Shown one piece after another: positions 50,574 to 61,197 of a stretch of 64,000 nucleotides of DNA. Source of the DNA: Polyangiaceae bacterium (GTDB taxonomy: Bacteria; Myxococcota_A; Polyangia; Polyangiales; Polyangiaceae); the NCBI GenBank assembly GCA_050287085.1, contig JBNKBE010000007.1, forward strand, positions 160,001 to 224,000, in the 5' to 3' direction. The notes under the pieces were generated by a model. The model ran no database searches and was not told the origin of the DNA. It was given only the letters and a program-made list of their open reading frames with translations. Positions within the stretch are counted from its first letter, which is position 1; the number at the start of each line of letters is the position of its first letter. The position numbers and the translations under genes are program-made.

Positions 50574-51716
50574 TTAGGTGTGCTCGTCAAAAAAGCCGAA
50601 TACGACCTCTGCAGCAAAACACGGAATACCGTGGTTGCTGGTGCCGTATTGGGGATCGTCATGATTGCAGAATACCGTGCGGGAGGTGCAGTCGTCGTAT
50701 TCGACACAACCCGGGTGGATGCTCGCCGCACAGTTGCCACCGGGATCAAACGCCGTTGACGCCTCTGTGCACTCGTTGCTGTCGTGGTAGACACCGAAGT
50801 CGATGTGACCATCGCCGTCGTTCAGGCCGTAGCGCATCAGACCCTGTCCGCCGCGCTCGACGTCGTCGAGCCCATGGATGACCACGGCATCCACCGGATC
50901 CCAACCGTTGCAGTATTTGGATGAAGCGACGGGAGCTACGGCTCGAAAGCGAGTTTCACCATTGCACAAGAGCTGGGTTATCATCTGGGCCCCCGAGCTG
51001 TGGCCAATGGCGAAGACACGATTGACGTCGACGCAGTAGTTCTCGAGCAGTGCGTCGTACGCCGCATCCAGGATGGGGGTGTCGGCCCGCGGACTCCAGG
51101 CGCTGCCGGAAGACTTCAAGTACACGCCTAGGTAGCCGCGCGCTTTGGCCTCGCTGGCAAAGGGCCCCTGCAGCGATGAGCTGTTGCCGCCAGCTCCATG
51201 GAACGCGAAGAAGACCGGCGCAGGAGTGGAGCCGTCGTAGCCGTCGGGCTTGTCGAGGACGGCGCTTGGGATCATGGCGTTTGCATTGCCCCCCATGCAT
51301 CCCGCGCTGGGCATGGACATCGGGTTGGCTTCCGGGGGCTCAGGCACCACAGGGTCGGTTGTTTCCGGAGCGGTGGGTGCCGGAGGCGTCGTGGGCTCGG
51401 GCTCACCCGTTGCGCTAGGAGTGGTCGGGGGCGTCGAAGCACTGGGCATGGGCGCCGATGGATCAGGGAGCTGAGATGAGGGTTCGGGTGGAGGTGATGC
51501 CGGCGGATTGTTCATCGTCGGCGACGTGTCGTCGCCAGCGCTCGCCGCGCCGCCGGCCGTTGCCATGGGCATGGTGTTTATCGTGGACTCTGAACCAGGT
51601 CTGCCTCCGTCGCCCGACTGTGAATCGCTGCAAGCGGTCAGAGCGAGAGCTGCGGTGCAGGTGGTGGCGAGGACCGAAGGGATGAGTGATCGGCGGTTCG
51701 GCTGGGCGCGGAGCAT
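50574..51716 (-). CDS. PHB depolymerase/CE1-like esterase lipoprotein with Pro-rich linker
   Basis: LTAC lipobox; FAFHGAGG, YCVD.NRVFAIGHSSGA, IHGLDD, C-terminal NHGIP. Confidence 0.85.
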   Translation of the reverse strand: MLRAQPNRRSLIPSVLATTCTAALALTACSDSQSGDGGRPGSESTINTMPMATAGGAASAGDDTSPTMNNPPASPPPEPSSQLPDPSAPMPSASTPPTTPSATGEPEPTTPPAPTAPETTDPVVPEPPEANPMSMPSAGCMGGNANAMIPSAVLDKPDGYDGSTPAPVFFAFHGAGGNSSSLQGPFASEAKARGYLGVYLKSSGSAWSPRADTPILDAAYDALLENYCVDVNRVFAIGHSSGAQMITQLLCNGETRFRAVAPVASSKYCNGWDPVDAVVIHGLDDVERGGQGLMRYGLNDGDGHIDFGVYHDSNECTEASTAFDPGGNCAASIHPGCVEYDDCTSRTVFCNHDDPQYGTSNHGIPCFAAEVVFGFFDEHT

Positions 51717-52056
51717 GCTTGTCACTATCGGGTTCTGAGCCGCGTGCCTGACAAATCGTCCTCGCTCACGCGACGTTTCTCGGGCCGGCTCGACTGCGTT
51801 CGAATTATTGCCGCAGGGCGGCACAAGGTTGCCGCAAGGGGAACCTGCGGTCTGCAAAGTTCTAGCCCTGGCATCCACAGGTTCGTGCGAGGCCCGCGCG
51901 CTGGGTCCCCCATGGCGGGGCGTTCGAGGCAGCGACCGGTGCCGTGGCGAGGGCCGAGGGTCCGGTGCGATAGGAGCAGCATAGGCTCCCGGGCGCGGCG
52001 CGCTGGGGAAGCGGCCATGCGTGCTTCCGAGAAGAAGCCGCCCAAGGGCTCGCGGC

Positions 52057-54681
52057 CTAGGGCTGGGGAGGCGGGTCCGCCAAGCGCTTGCGCACGTTGC
52101 GATCGCGCGGACGGAGTGCGGACGCCTCCAGCCACGCTCGGCGGGCGGGTTCGGGCTTGCCCAGCTTGGAGAGCGCGTCTCCTAGCGCTAGGTGTGCCTC
52201 GAAGCACGTGTTGTCGAGCTGAACGGCTTTCTCCGCGTCGACCAGCGCTTCGGAAGCGTTGCCGCGGTAGAGAGCAATGTTGGCCAAACCCGCGAGGGCC
52301 AGCGCATTCTGCGAGTCCAAGGCTGCGGCGCGTCTGAAGAGGCGTTCGGCCTGCGTGGGATCCATGGCCTTGAAAGCCTTGAACGCAGCGTGGCTGTAGC
52401 GCCTAGCCACCGTTTCGATCAGCCCTCGGTCGTCCGGAGACACGTGCATCGAGTCCAGCAGCAGCGTCCTTGCCTCGTCGCTCCTTCGCTGGCGGTTTCG
52501 GACATCGGCCAACATCTGTTGGGCGGTGGCATCTTTCGGTTGCCGGAGCAAAGCCCATTGCGCCCACGCGTCGGCGAGTTCGATATGGTCTTTCGAGAAG
52601 TGCTGTCGGATCAGACCGACCACCGCGGGGCCGTCAGGATCGAGCGCCACCGAACTGCAATAAAGCGCTTCCGCTTCGGAGGTGTCACCCCTTTGAATAG
52701 CGCGGCGTGCTTGATGCCAGATCGATTTGGCCTGGGCCGGGTTGGCTTTGGCAGGTACGGCTCCGGGCAATCGGTCGCCACAACCGGGGGGAAAGTGACG
52801 AGCGTCAACCACCACGGCAGAAGGCGCGCCCGCAGGCGTTGCAGCTCGCGGGGCCGCCGAGGTCTCGGTGGTATGCGCTTGGGCCTCTACGTCACGAGGC
52901 GTGGCGGTGGGGTCAGCGGGTGGAGCGGTTGGCTTCCCTGCCGTCGGTTCAGGAAGCGCGGCGGCGTGTGCTTCGACTTGTGGATCTGACGGAGAACCTA
53001 GACGTGCAGCCGGAGGTGGCGCTTCGGAACTGCCGCCGCCGCTCAGGACGACCACCAATGCCCCCACCGTCACCACACCGGCTGCGGCGAGGATGGCGAG
53101 ACGCCAGCGGGGCGCCAGTGTGTTCCAGAATCCTGTGGGGCCCCGCGTTGGTCCCTCTTGGGCTGAGAGCGCGCTTGAGCTCGCTCTGGTCGGTGCGTCG
53201 GCTTTGTCATGCTGATAGGAGGGGCGCTCGCCGATGCCGAGCGCGGTGGGCATCGGTGGCCGTGTAGAGGTGAACCCGGTATCGTCTTCGGCGCGCCACC
53301 CCGGCCCGCTTGTGTCGTCCGTATGCCAGCCAGCCTGCGCGGCCGAGGGCCGAGGAGCCAGGGAGCTTCCGAGTGCTATCGACTCAGGGCTGAAGGGTAT
53401 GAGTCCTGCCGGAAGTCCTGTGGATTCCTCGTTGCTCGACGCATCGAGCGCATAGGGCGGGGGGGCCGGTGGCGTGAGGGCAGCCGGAGACGGCAGGTCC
53501 TGAGTGTACGGTTGCGCTAGGGTGGGAGGCTCCGCTTCGATGGGCTCGGCGTCGGACCGCTCTTGGGTCTCCGTGCTCGGCTGAGGCGCAGCAATGCCAC
53601 GGTCCGTCTGCGGTCTACCCACTGTCTCCAGTCGAGCGGGGGGCGCCGGGGGATTGGGGTACGCTGGCAGATGTGAGGGCGCCGGCAGATGTGAGGGCGC
53701 TGGCAGACCCGGGGGCGCCGCCGCCACGACCGGAGGCGCCGGGGGGACCACGGCAACGACTCGTTGCGGCTTCACCTTGGATGCGGCGGTTGCGGGAGAA
53801 GACCCAGGTGCGTCAGCATTCTCTCGAGCCGTCGGCTGAGCGGTGGCGGGCCCGGGCGCGATCCGTGAGAAGGGCTTGTCTGCTGGACCTCGCGGTGCTG
53901 CGTTCTGTGCAGGCGCATCCTTCAGCGCCGCTTTTTCGCGCTTGCGCAACTCATTGCGTTGCTGCAGCCGCTTGCGGAGCGCATCCGGATTGGGCGCGCC
54001 TGGACTTATGCCTGGCGTCGTAAGCTCCCGCTTGGATCGGCGAGAGGGCGTCGGCGCCTTGAGCTGAGTCTTTCCGGGCCGCAGGCGCTGTGAGGGGGGC
54101 CGCGAGCTGCTATGCGCCGCAGCTTCTGGCGCTTCGGCCTCAGGTGAGCTGCCTTCAGGCTGCGAGGCGCCTTCAGGCTGCGAGGCGCCCTGCGGAGGCG
54201 TCGCGAGCTGGGGGTGTTCGACATCCGTAGACGAGGCCTCTCGGGCGCGCTTCGCGGCGGCATTCGCGGGCGCCTGCCGTGCGTCTGACCCGCTGTTGGA
54301 GGGCTCCCGAGCGCTGTGTGCTCCCGCGAGCGAGGACTTTCTGCGGCGCATGACCCCCTTGTTGACCAGAGTCTCTCCTGCGCAAGCAACGATGCGCCGA
54401 GCCACGGTCGAGGGGCTGCCGACGGATGCGACCCACGCCAGATCTAGAGCATCGGCGTGAGGCGAGGCTGCATTGGGTGGCTCCTGCAATACGATGACAG
54501 AAGGTCGTTCCATCTTGCTGCGGGTAGGATCGTCACCGCGGAGTCTTGCCGCTACGCTCGACAAATACGCTGCGGCGGGCAAGATGACGACGTCGGTACG
54601 TCGTAAATCTGACCCCGTCAGCAGGGCGTCGACTCGAATGCACTCGATCGAGGCTCGTTCGAGCACACCTACCAAACCCAC
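52057..54681 (-). CDS. Large bitopic membrane protein: Pro/Ala-rich disordered region, TM segment, C-terminal TPR domain
   Basis: TM LAILAAAGVVTVGALVVVL; TPR helices (AHLALGDALSKLGK..ARRAW); the open frame continues upstream of the GTG, so the start is uncertain. Confidence 0.78.
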   Translation of the reverse strand: MGLVGVLERASIECIRVDALLTGSDLRRTDVVILPAAAYLSSVAARLRGDDPTRSKMERPSVIVLQEPPNAASPHADALDLAWVASVGSPSTVARRIVACAGETLVNKGVMRRRKSSLAGAHSAREPSNSGSDARQAPANAAAKRAREASSTDVEHPQLATPPQGASQPEGASQPEGSSPEAEAPEAAAHSSSRPPSQRLRPGKTQLKAPTPSRRSKRELTTPGISPGAPNPDALRKRLQQRNELRKREKAALKDAPAQNAAPRGPADKPFSRIAPGPATAQPTARENADAPGSSPATAASKVKPQRVVAVVPPAPPVVAAAPPGLPAPSHLPAPSHLPAYPNPPAPPARLETVGRPQTDRGIAAPQPSTETQERSDAEPIEAEPPTLAQPYTQDLPSPAALTPPAPPPYALDASSNEESTGLPAGLIPFSPESIALGSSLAPRPSAAQAGWHTDDTSGPGWRAEDDTGFTSTRPPMPTALGIGERPSYQHDKADAPTRASSSALSAQEGPTRGPTGFWNTLAPRWRLAILAAAGVVTVGALVVVLSGGGSSEAPPPAARLGSPSDPQVEAHAAALPEPTAGKPTAPPADPTATPRDVEAQAHTTETSAAPRAATPAGAPSAVVVDARHFPPGCGDRLPGAVPAKANPAQAKSIWHQARRAIQRGDTSEAEALYCSSVALDPDGPAVVGLIRQHFSKDHIELADAWAQWALLRQPKDATAQQMLADVRNRQRRSDEARTLLLDSMHVSPDDRGLIETVARRYSHAAFKAFKAMDPTQAERLFRRAAALDSQNALALAGLANIALYRGNASEALVDAEKAVQLDNTCFEAHLALGDALSKLGKPEPARRAWLEASALRPRDRNVRKRLADPPPQP
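53662..53707. repeat. In-frame 18-bp tandem repeat (LPAPSH)
   Basis: CGC(T/C)GGCAGATGTGAGGG x2.5. Confidence 0.85.
54151..54189. repeat. In-frame 18-bp tandem repeat (EGASQP)
   Basis: GCCTTCAGGCTGCGAGGC x2. Confidence 0.85.
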
Positions 54682-55019
54682 GGGAAAGGCCTGGCTGTCG
54701 ACGAGAAAGAGGCGAACCTTGCTTTCGCGTCGTCCGGGAGCTCCGGCAGTGGAATGCGAGTTGGCGGGGGCGCTATTTGCGGCGGTGGTCAGGGCAACTC
54801 CGTAGCAGGCGAGAATCGAAGTCTAGTCTACCCGTCCAGATTCAGCGCGCTTGTGTGTTCCACGTCGAAATCGGGGTTGTGTAACGACTGCACGTACCTT
54901 GCCACTCACAGGCCCACGTCGCGAGAGGACGGATGTCTAGCTCTGGCACAATCTCGCAGAAATTGGCTCGTTGCTCCGGCTGAACTGTGTCTATCGGCCC
55001 GGCTGATGGTTCGTTGTCC

Positions 55020-56405
55020 TCACGGTTCGTCCGCTCTCGAGTGTCGGCACTGCCCCGCGACGTACACCTGCGAGACGACGCGATCGTCTCCGAGGGTCAG
55101 CAGTGCAAAAAGCTGTTCATCGAGACTCTCCGCCGTTTCGAATCGCAGCTGGAGCAGCGGCGTTGCCGTGGGGTCGATGACGAGAAAGTCCGCTTCCCGT
55201 CCGGCCTGAAAGCTTCCGATATGCTGGTCCAGCGACAGTGCAGAAGCGGCTCCAAGCGTGAGGCGATGCAATGACTCATGCGGCGCTATCGAGTGTCCTT
55301 GCAGCCGCAATACGTCATAGGCGGCGCGGCTCGTCTGCAGCAGATTCAGCGTCGTACCCGCTCCCACGTCGGTGGCCAGGACAACTGCGGCGCCCGCGTG
55401 CTGCGCGCGCCGCAGCGGAAACAGGCCGCTCCCGAGAAAGAGGTTCGATGTTGGGCAGAACGCGAGCGTCGAACCCGCGCCGGCGAGCAACTTGAGCTCT
55501 GACTCGGAGAGATGAATACCATGGGCAAAGATAGAACGCGGTCCAACCAAGTCGTAGTGCGCATAGACGTCCGTGTAGTGCTTGCGCTCCGGAAATAGCC
55601 TGGCCACCCACGCGAGCTCCGCTTTGCTTTCCGCAAGGTGCGTGTGAACATAGGTAGTGGGGTGAGAGCGGTGAAGACTGCCGGCGATCTCCAGTTGCGC
55701 TTGGCTGCTGGTTGGGGCAAAACGCGGCGTAACGGCAAACGTTAGGCGCTGCCTGCCGTGATAGCGCGCGATCAGGGCCTGACAGTCGTCATGACTTTGC
55801 TGCGCTGTGTCGCATAGGTCCAGCGGTGCGTTGCGGTCCATCAGCACCTTTCCCAGAATGATCCGGACGTCGAGAGCCAGGGCCACGCTTGCGAGGGCGT
55901 CTACCGATGTTGGATGAACGCTGCACATGACGGCGGCGGTCGTTGTCCCGTGACGGAGAAGCTCTGCCATGAACACCCGCGCGAGGCGTTCCGCGTAGGC
56001 TGGATCGCTTAGGCGACGCTCATGGGGAAACGTATAGCGCTCAAGCCACTCGAGCAATTCGGCGCCGTAGCTGCCGATCATACCGATCTGCGGGTAGTGC
56101 AGGTGGCCGTCGATGAAGCCGGGAATGAGCCAGCATCCGGAGTGATGGGTGATGGCCGTGGGGGGGATGGTTGTTGCGAGTTCGTCGTAGGTTCCGGCGG
56201 CCACGACCCGCCCTCCTGCGACAACCAGGAGTCCGTCCTCCACCCACCGAATGGCCCGCGCGTCTACGCTCGGATCTCCTACGTAATACAGAAGCGACCC
56301 GCGGTGGGCACGAGGCAGCTCGGCCTGGGCCGGGTCTGCGGGCGGATCGCTCGTGGTCCGGGACCGCGAGGGACACTGCGGCGGCTGCGGCTTAGCTCGA
56401 CTCAC
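55020..56405 (-). CDS. guaD: Guanine deaminase
   Basis: PGFIDGHLHYPQ, LLEWLERYTFP, VTPRFAPT, HTHLAES, AHGIHL, CPTSNLFLGSG, TDVGAG; GTG start overlaps the upstream stop. Confidence 0.95.
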   Translation of the reverse strand: MSRAKPQPPQCPSRSRTTSDPPADPAQAELPRAHRGSLLYYVGDPSVDARAIRWVEDGLLVVAGGRVVAAGTYDELATTIPPTAITHHSGCWLIPGFIDGHLHYPQIGMIGSYGAELLEWLERYTFPHERRLSDPAYAERLARVFMAELLRHGTTTAAVMCSVHPTSVDALASVALALDVRIILGKVLMDRNAPLDLCDTAQQSHDDCQALIARYHGRQRLTFAVTPRFAPTSSQAQLEIAGSLHRSHPTTYVHTHLAESKAELAWVARLFPERKHYTDVYAHYDLVGPRSIFAHGIHLSESELKLLAGAGSTLAFCPTSNLFLGSGLFPLRRAQHAGAAVVLATDVGAGTTLNLLQTSRAAYDVLRLQGHSIAPHESLHRLTLGAASALSLDQHIGSFQAGREADFLVIDPTATPLLQLRFETAESLDEQLFALLTLGDDRVVSQVYVAGQCRHSRADEP

Positions 56406-57160
56406 GCAGAGCCCGTGAAGCGCCGCAGAACCCTCAGCGCCGCTTTGGCTACCAGGTCCTTGGCGGAGAGCTCGTAGTGCACGCGGTACGTCTTGGGCTG
56501 CTCTGAAGACTTGCGGGCGATGGCCCAATCGGCGCCGACCCGCAGTTCGAAATGGCCGTAGTGCGGGTGTTGTTTGACCAGCAGCTCGAAAACTTCGCGA
56601 ATATGGGGCGTTTCGCGCTCGACCTGCGACAGTTCTCGGTGGGTTATCCCGTCTGTGGCTGCGCGCTGGCGCGAGCCATATGTCCAGTGGTAGTCGTCGA
56701 AGATGATATAGCCGCCGGGTCTGAGCAGCTTGTCGACCAGGAAGAACGCGCCGCCGTCGATCGTCCAGTTCTTGGGTCCGTCGATGACACAAAGGTCAAA
56801 GCAGGGTGAGCAGACGTCGTCTTTGCTTTGTTCGCGGATCGCGTCATGCAGGTACCAGCTGTAGCCGCTCTGCATGCGCACGATCTGGGCGTACTTTCCA
56901 AGTCCTGTCGCGGCCAGCTGCTGCTCGGCACTGGGCTGAAAGTGGTCTGCCATCTGTTCGAGATCGACTGCGGTAACTTGGCCGCGGCCGAGTTCATCGA
57001 GCGCGGCTGCTATGAAGCAGGTTGCAGTGCCGTGCGCGATGCCGAGCTCAAGAACGTCGCATAGCCGCTCCTTCAAGACTAGCTCGTAGAGATAGCGCGC
57101 GTTGTCACGGGTGATGAAAGGCACGTGCCCGACGCGAGCCGCGATGTCTTCGAACTTCAT
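56402..57160 (-). CDS. Class I SAM-dependent methyltransferase (O-methyltransferase-like)
   Basis: VLELGIAHG, VTAVD, FDLCVIDG, LLRPGGYIIFDD. Confidence 0.88.
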   Translation of the reverse strand: MKFEDIAARVGHVPFITRDNARYLYELVLKERLCDVLELGIAHGTATCFIAAALDELGRGQVTAVDLEQMADHFQPSAEQQLAATGLGKYAQIVRMQSGYSWYLHDAIREQSKDDVCSPCFDLCVIDGPKNWTIDGGAFFLVDKLLRPGGYIIFDDYHWTYGSRQRAATDGITHRELSQVERETPHIREVFELLVKQHPHYGHFELRVGADWAIARKSSEQPKTYRVHYELSAKDLVAKAALRVLRRFTGSA

Positions 57161-57197
57161 AGTGGTACGCACGTTGCCGCGTCGTGGTGGAGGGCCG

Positions 57198-58046
57198 TCA
57201 CGAGCCGGTCTTCGCCTCCTCGGAGCTACGCGGTACGGCCTTTTCCGGAGGGCGAGGCCGGAGCTCTTCTGCGCTGTTTACTTCGGCCAGGCTTTGTTTT
57301 AGCGCCTCGAAGAGGTCGACGATCTGTGCGCGCGGTACTTCGTGCACCAGGCTTAGCTCCTGGCCGGCGATCTTCTGGTCGACGGCGGCCAGGACGCGTT
57401 CGGCGTACTCATCCTTGTACTTGGAGGGATCAAACGCGGACACGCTGAGCTCGCTAATCAGCTTGAGTGCCAGCTCCCGTTCGATGTCTCTAAACTCGAA
57501 GGTGGCGCCGGTTTCGACCTCGTCGAAAGCCCGGACCTCGTCCGCATAGAACATCTGGTGGAGTAGTAGCCCACCCTTGTACGGCCGCACGAGCACCAGC
57601 TGCTCTTTGCCGCGCGCTGCCCAGCGCCCAACGGCTACCTTATCGCTCTCAGCCATGGTTTGGGATAGGAGTCGATAGGCCTTGTCGCCGCCCTTGTCGG
57701 GGCCGAGATAGTAGCTCTTTTCCACCGACAGCAGCTCGACGCTGGAAAGCGGGACGAATTCCACAATGTCGAGGGCAGTTGAGCGTTCCGCTTCGAGCTT
57801 GCTCAGCTCTTCTCCGGAAAAGATGACGTATTGTCCTTTGGCGTATTCATACCCTTTGACCAGCTTCTTGCGATCGACGACCTCACCGGTGGCAGGCACA
57901 ATATACTGCTGCTTGACGCGGCTCTTCGTCTCCTCGTGCAGCATGTTGAAACTCACCTGCTTGGACGCTGTCGCGGTGTACAGCTTGACGGGTATCGAGA
58001 CGAGCCCGAACGAAATCGTGGCCGAAGCGATGGCGCGAGCGGGCAT
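57198..58046 (-). CDS. ku: Non-homologous end-joining protein Ku
   Basis: RAI...ISFGLVSIPVKLY.A, LVKGYEY.KG.YV, SYYLGPD, KAY.LL, YKDEY, VDLFEALKQSL. Confidence 0.95.
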   Translation of the reverse strand: MPARAIASATISFGLVSIPVKLYTATASKQVSFNMLHEETKSRVKQQYIVPATGEVVDRKKLVKGYEYAKGQYVIFSGEELSKLEAERSTALDIVEFVPLSSVELLSVEKSYYLGPDKGGDKAYRLLSQTMAESDKVAVGRWAARGKEQLVLVRPYKGGLLLHQMFYADEVRAFDEVETGATFEFRDIERELALKLISELSVSAFDPSKYKDEYAERVLAAVDQKIAGQELSLVHEVPRAQIVDLFEALKQSLAEVNSAEELRPRPPEKAVPRSSEEAKTGS

Positions 58047-58260
58047 GCGACAAATGCTAGCTGAAGCGATCGGAGCCGGGACAACGTTTTTGTTGCTTTC
58101 GGTAGCAATCAAGCTTGAGCTACGCGATGTTGGCGGCGATCGCTGAACAAACCACCAGACGACTTTGTCTTGTGTGGGCGTCTTTCCCCGCCCAGAATGG
58201 CTCGACATGATGCGATTGAAACAATGCTCCCGGTGTCTTGAGATCGAGTGCCGCCGGGCC

Positions 58261-59646
58261 ATGGTGGAATCCTGCGGGCGAGACGCCCTGACTCGGCCCT
58301 TGCAGCGCGGGCTGGTACCCGTGCTGCTGGTGATGCTCCTCGGGGTGGGAGCGTGCGCAGAAGATGCAACACCCGCCACCCCCGGCGCGGGCGGTGGTGG
58401 ATTCGCGGGTGGGGGCGGAGAGGTGGGCACCGCCGGCGACGGAGGGATGTCCGGGGGCAGCCCCACAAGCGGTCAAATGGGGGGAGCGGGCGGCGCTCAG
58501 GGCGGCGTTTCGGGCGCTCCGGCGGGGCCGCAAGGAGGCGACTCGACCGATAACTCGGGAGGCACGGGGGGCTCAGAGCCGAACGCCAGCTCGGGGGCCG
58601 GGGGAGACAACACAAGTGGCGTGGCTGGGATGGATGCGGCGGGCGGGGCCGGTATGGAGGACGTCATGGCGGACCTATTTGTATTCACAGTGGCCCAGAC
58701 GGGGCTCGTGCGCGCTCATCACTTGGACCCTTCAAGCGGCGCCCTGGAGGCGGTGGCGGAGGTGAACCTGGGCGTGGGCGGCGGCGACTTCTTTCTGGCA
58801 GCTACGTCGGATGCGTCGCGAGTTTTCGCGGCCTACGGGGGAGGTGTGAAGGCTTTCTCTTTTGACGCGGGGGCGTCCAGCTTCGACGAGCTCGCTACTG
58901 GAACCACAGCGGGCGCCGGCACCCACGTGATGACGAACGCGGACGGCACGGAGGTTTTTGTCGCGCACTACTCCGAGAACGCCCTGTCGCATCTGCATTT
59001 CGACGGAGCTGCCTTCGCTCCCGCGGCTACCCTCACGCCCGGCGAACGCAGTCACTCTTCGCGGCTCGATCCCAAGGAGCAGTGGCTCTTTGTGCCGTGC
59101 TTGGGCAGCAACCACGTCGCGCGTTATGACTTTGCTGGCGGCATGTTGGACGCCGCTTCGGTCGTCAATCACACGCTCGCAGGTGGCCCGCGTCACATGA
59201 CTTTCCACCCGTCGCTGCCGGTCGCGTATGTGCTCAGCGAATTGGGGGGCACGGTCAGCGCTCTTTCCGTCGGGGCCGACGGCCAGTTGGGAGCCGAGCT
59301 TGATTCTGAACTGTTGGGCTCAGGGGAGTTCGGCACTCAGTGGGGAAGCGACGTGCAAGTCACCCCGGATGGCGCCTTTCTCTACGCGGTCGAACGCAAT
59401 CAGCGCACCCTATTCCCCTTTGTTGTGGGGCCTGACGGCAAGCTCGACGCTGCGGGCGCTCCGACTGAGCTAGGTGAGGTTGTTCGCGCTTTCGCGCTTT
59501 CGCCGGACTCGGGTTGGGCGGCGGTTGGAGGACAGGACGGCCAGCTAAGGGTCTATCGCATCGGGGCGGACGGCAACTTGACTCTGGCCCCAGGGGGCCT
59601 CTCGGGGCTGGGTGACCTGCAGGCTACGTTGGTCCGCGCCCTGTAG
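58261..59646 (+). CDS. Lactonase-family (6-phosphogluconolactonase-like) beta-propeller lipoprotein
   Basis: VGAC lipobox, Gly-rich linker, VAHY, SHS..LDP, VPCLGS, GPRHMTFHP, YVLSEL, TPDG.FLY..ER. Confidence 0.85.
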   Translation: MVESCGRDALTRPLQRGLVPVLLVMLLGVGACAEDATPATPGAGGGGFAGGGGEVGTAGDGGMSGGSPTSGQMGGAGGAQGGVSGAPAGPQGGDSTDNSGGTGGSEPNASSGAGGDNTSGVAGMDAAGGAGMEDVMADLFVFTVAQTGLVRAHHLDPSSGALEAVAEVNLGVGGGDFFLAATSDASRVFAAYGGGVKAFSFDAGASSFDELATGTTAGAGTHVMTNADGTEVFVAHYSENALSHLHFDGAAFAPAATLTPGERSHSSRLDPKEQWLFVPCLGSNHVARYDFAGGMLDAASVVNHTLAGGPRHMTFHPSLPVAYVLSELGGTVSALSVGADGQLGAELDSELLGSGEFGTQWGSDVQVTPDGAFLYAVERNQRTLFPFVVGPDGKLDAAGAPTELGEVVRAFALSPDSGWAAVGGQDGQLRVYRIGADGNLTLAPGGLSGLGDLQATLVRAL

Positions 59647-59682
59647 CGTCGCTGCTTCGGTGGGATTGGGGCTCTGCCGTTT

Positions 59683-60990
59683 CTAGTGCTCTGCGGACGC
59701 TGGAAGCGGTTCCAGGGGCTCCCGCGCGGTCTCCGGCTCCTTCAGTTCTCTCAGCGTCAGCGCGAAGCGATCGGCCAGGATGGCGGCCAGGAATAAGGGC
59801 GGGTTGAGCACCCCACCGCGCTTGAAGCATAAGATTATATGGTACAACAGCAGCGCCCACAGGCAGAGGTGAACGTAGAGCGTCGTGGGGTGCCGGCTCG
59901 CCTTTGGCCAGCTGCGGAGCAATGCAAGGCTTCCTCCGAGGGGGATGACAGCCCAGATCAGCAGTCCTACGAGGCCTGTTTCCGCCAGGGCCTGCAGCGG
60001 TTGATTGTGAGGGTACGAGCCAAAGAGCAGCCGCGAGTAGCCGGCGCCGAGGCCCAATAGCCAGGAAGAGGGGTCGTCCAAGAATCGATCGGCCAGCGTC
60101 GTCACCATCAGCCAACGTTGTGAGGCGCCCACGGTGAGGCTGTCACCCGCGTAACGCGCGCCTGCTGTGCTCTGAATGACGTTCCCTCCTACAACAACGA
60201 TGACCGCGACCAGAAGCAGCAGTCCGATGCGGCGACGGCCTGCCGTCTGACTTCCGACTTTGGCACCGGCAAACACGACGAAACCCGACATCAATGCAGC
60301 CAGCGTTTCCCCTCGAGCGGCGCTGGCTGTGACCCAGAGGCCTGCGTAGCAGAGCCCGTAGTTCACCCAAGACCGCGTTTGGAACTTGCCAAAGCTCGGG
60401 TGGAGCAGACTGAAGATGAACGCCATGGCTCCGATATCGCCGAGAGCCAGAGGGTTGCTCTGCAGTTCGGGATTGCCCGCGACCATCAGAGCGAGGCGTC
60501 GCTGGTCGTCGGCCCATGTGCTCGGGTCCAGACGGATGAATACGGCCGCGGCTCCGCAGATGTAGTGGGTGAGACCCACTGCGATGCGCCCATCACGAAT
60601 GGCGCTCAAACCCAGGGGTCCGACCAAGACGAGCAGAACCCAATATGGCGCGACGGCGCTCAGCATGCGTTGGGCCGAGGCGTAGCCCGACAGCTGAGTG
60701 CTGGCGGCGAAATACCCCGCGTACAACACCGTGGCCACAAACGTCGGTCGCGAGATGGACCAGAAGCGTGCATGGCCACCCAATGCGGCGGCCGTGACTC
60801 CCAGAACGGCGCCGCCCCCCACCAAGTAGTTCACGAGTTCGGAGCGACCCCCGAAGAAGCTCGAGTTGGCCGACAGCAGCTGGTCGAATACCCCGAGACA
60901 AAGAATGAGCGCCACCACGGCCCCGGGCCGGGTCAGGGCGGAGAAGATCAGGGCCGCGAGGCCCGCGCAGGTAATCGCGGTGGTCAACAT
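59683..60990 (-). CDS. O-antigen ligase/polymerase (Wzy_C-like) membrane protein
   Basis: Many TM helices; ASAARG, R..M, LLGLGAG, YPHNQPLQALAETGLVG. Confidence 0.8.
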   Translation of the reverse strand: MLTTAITCAGLAALIFSALTRPGAVVALILCLGVFDQLLSANSSFFGGRSELVNYLVGGGAVLGVTAAALGGHARFWSISRPTFVATVLYAGYFAASTQLSGYASAQRMLSAVAPYWVLLVLVGPLGLSAIRDGRIAVGLTHYICGAAAVFIRLDPSTWADDQRRLALMVAGNPELQSNPLALGDIGAMAFIFSLLHPSFGKFQTRSWVNYGLCYAGLWVTASAARGETLAALMSGFVVFAGAKVGSQTAGRRRIGLLLLVAVIVVVGGNVIQSTAGARYAGDSLTVGASQRWLMVTTLADRFLDDPSSWLLGLGAGYSRLLFGSYPHNQPLQALAETGLVGLLIWAVIPLGGSLALLRSWPKASRHPTTLYVHLCLWALLLYHIILCFKRGGVLNPPLFLAAILADRFALTLRELKEPETAREPLEPLPASAEH

Positions 60991-61197
60991 GCCGGGGTCG
61001 TCTGGTCGCGGTCTAGGTGGGTTGCCAGAGGGACGGCGCGGTCTTCAACGTCCTGAACTCATAGCGTAGGCGCGGCGTTTGGGTCAAACCGTCACCCGTC
61101 TTGTCGCCAGCGTCGGAGATTTGGGGTCGGAGGCGGGTTGCTGGCTGGGAGACGGTTTGTTTTGCCAGCGCAGTCGATCGCGGCGATATTTGCGCCC

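Noticed and set aside
56406..56792. Long N-terminal extension of guaD in the ORF track (590 aa)
   Set aside because: It overlaps the methyltransferase CDS in another frame; the GTG at 56405 gives a normal-sized GuaD.
58047..58466. N-terminal extension of Ku in the ORF track (similar over-extensions for queD, TlpA, fibro-slime, LamG, mgsA and the YyaL fusion)
   Set aside because: Family similarity begins at downstream starts; the extensions are GC-rich open frames overlapping neighbouring genes.
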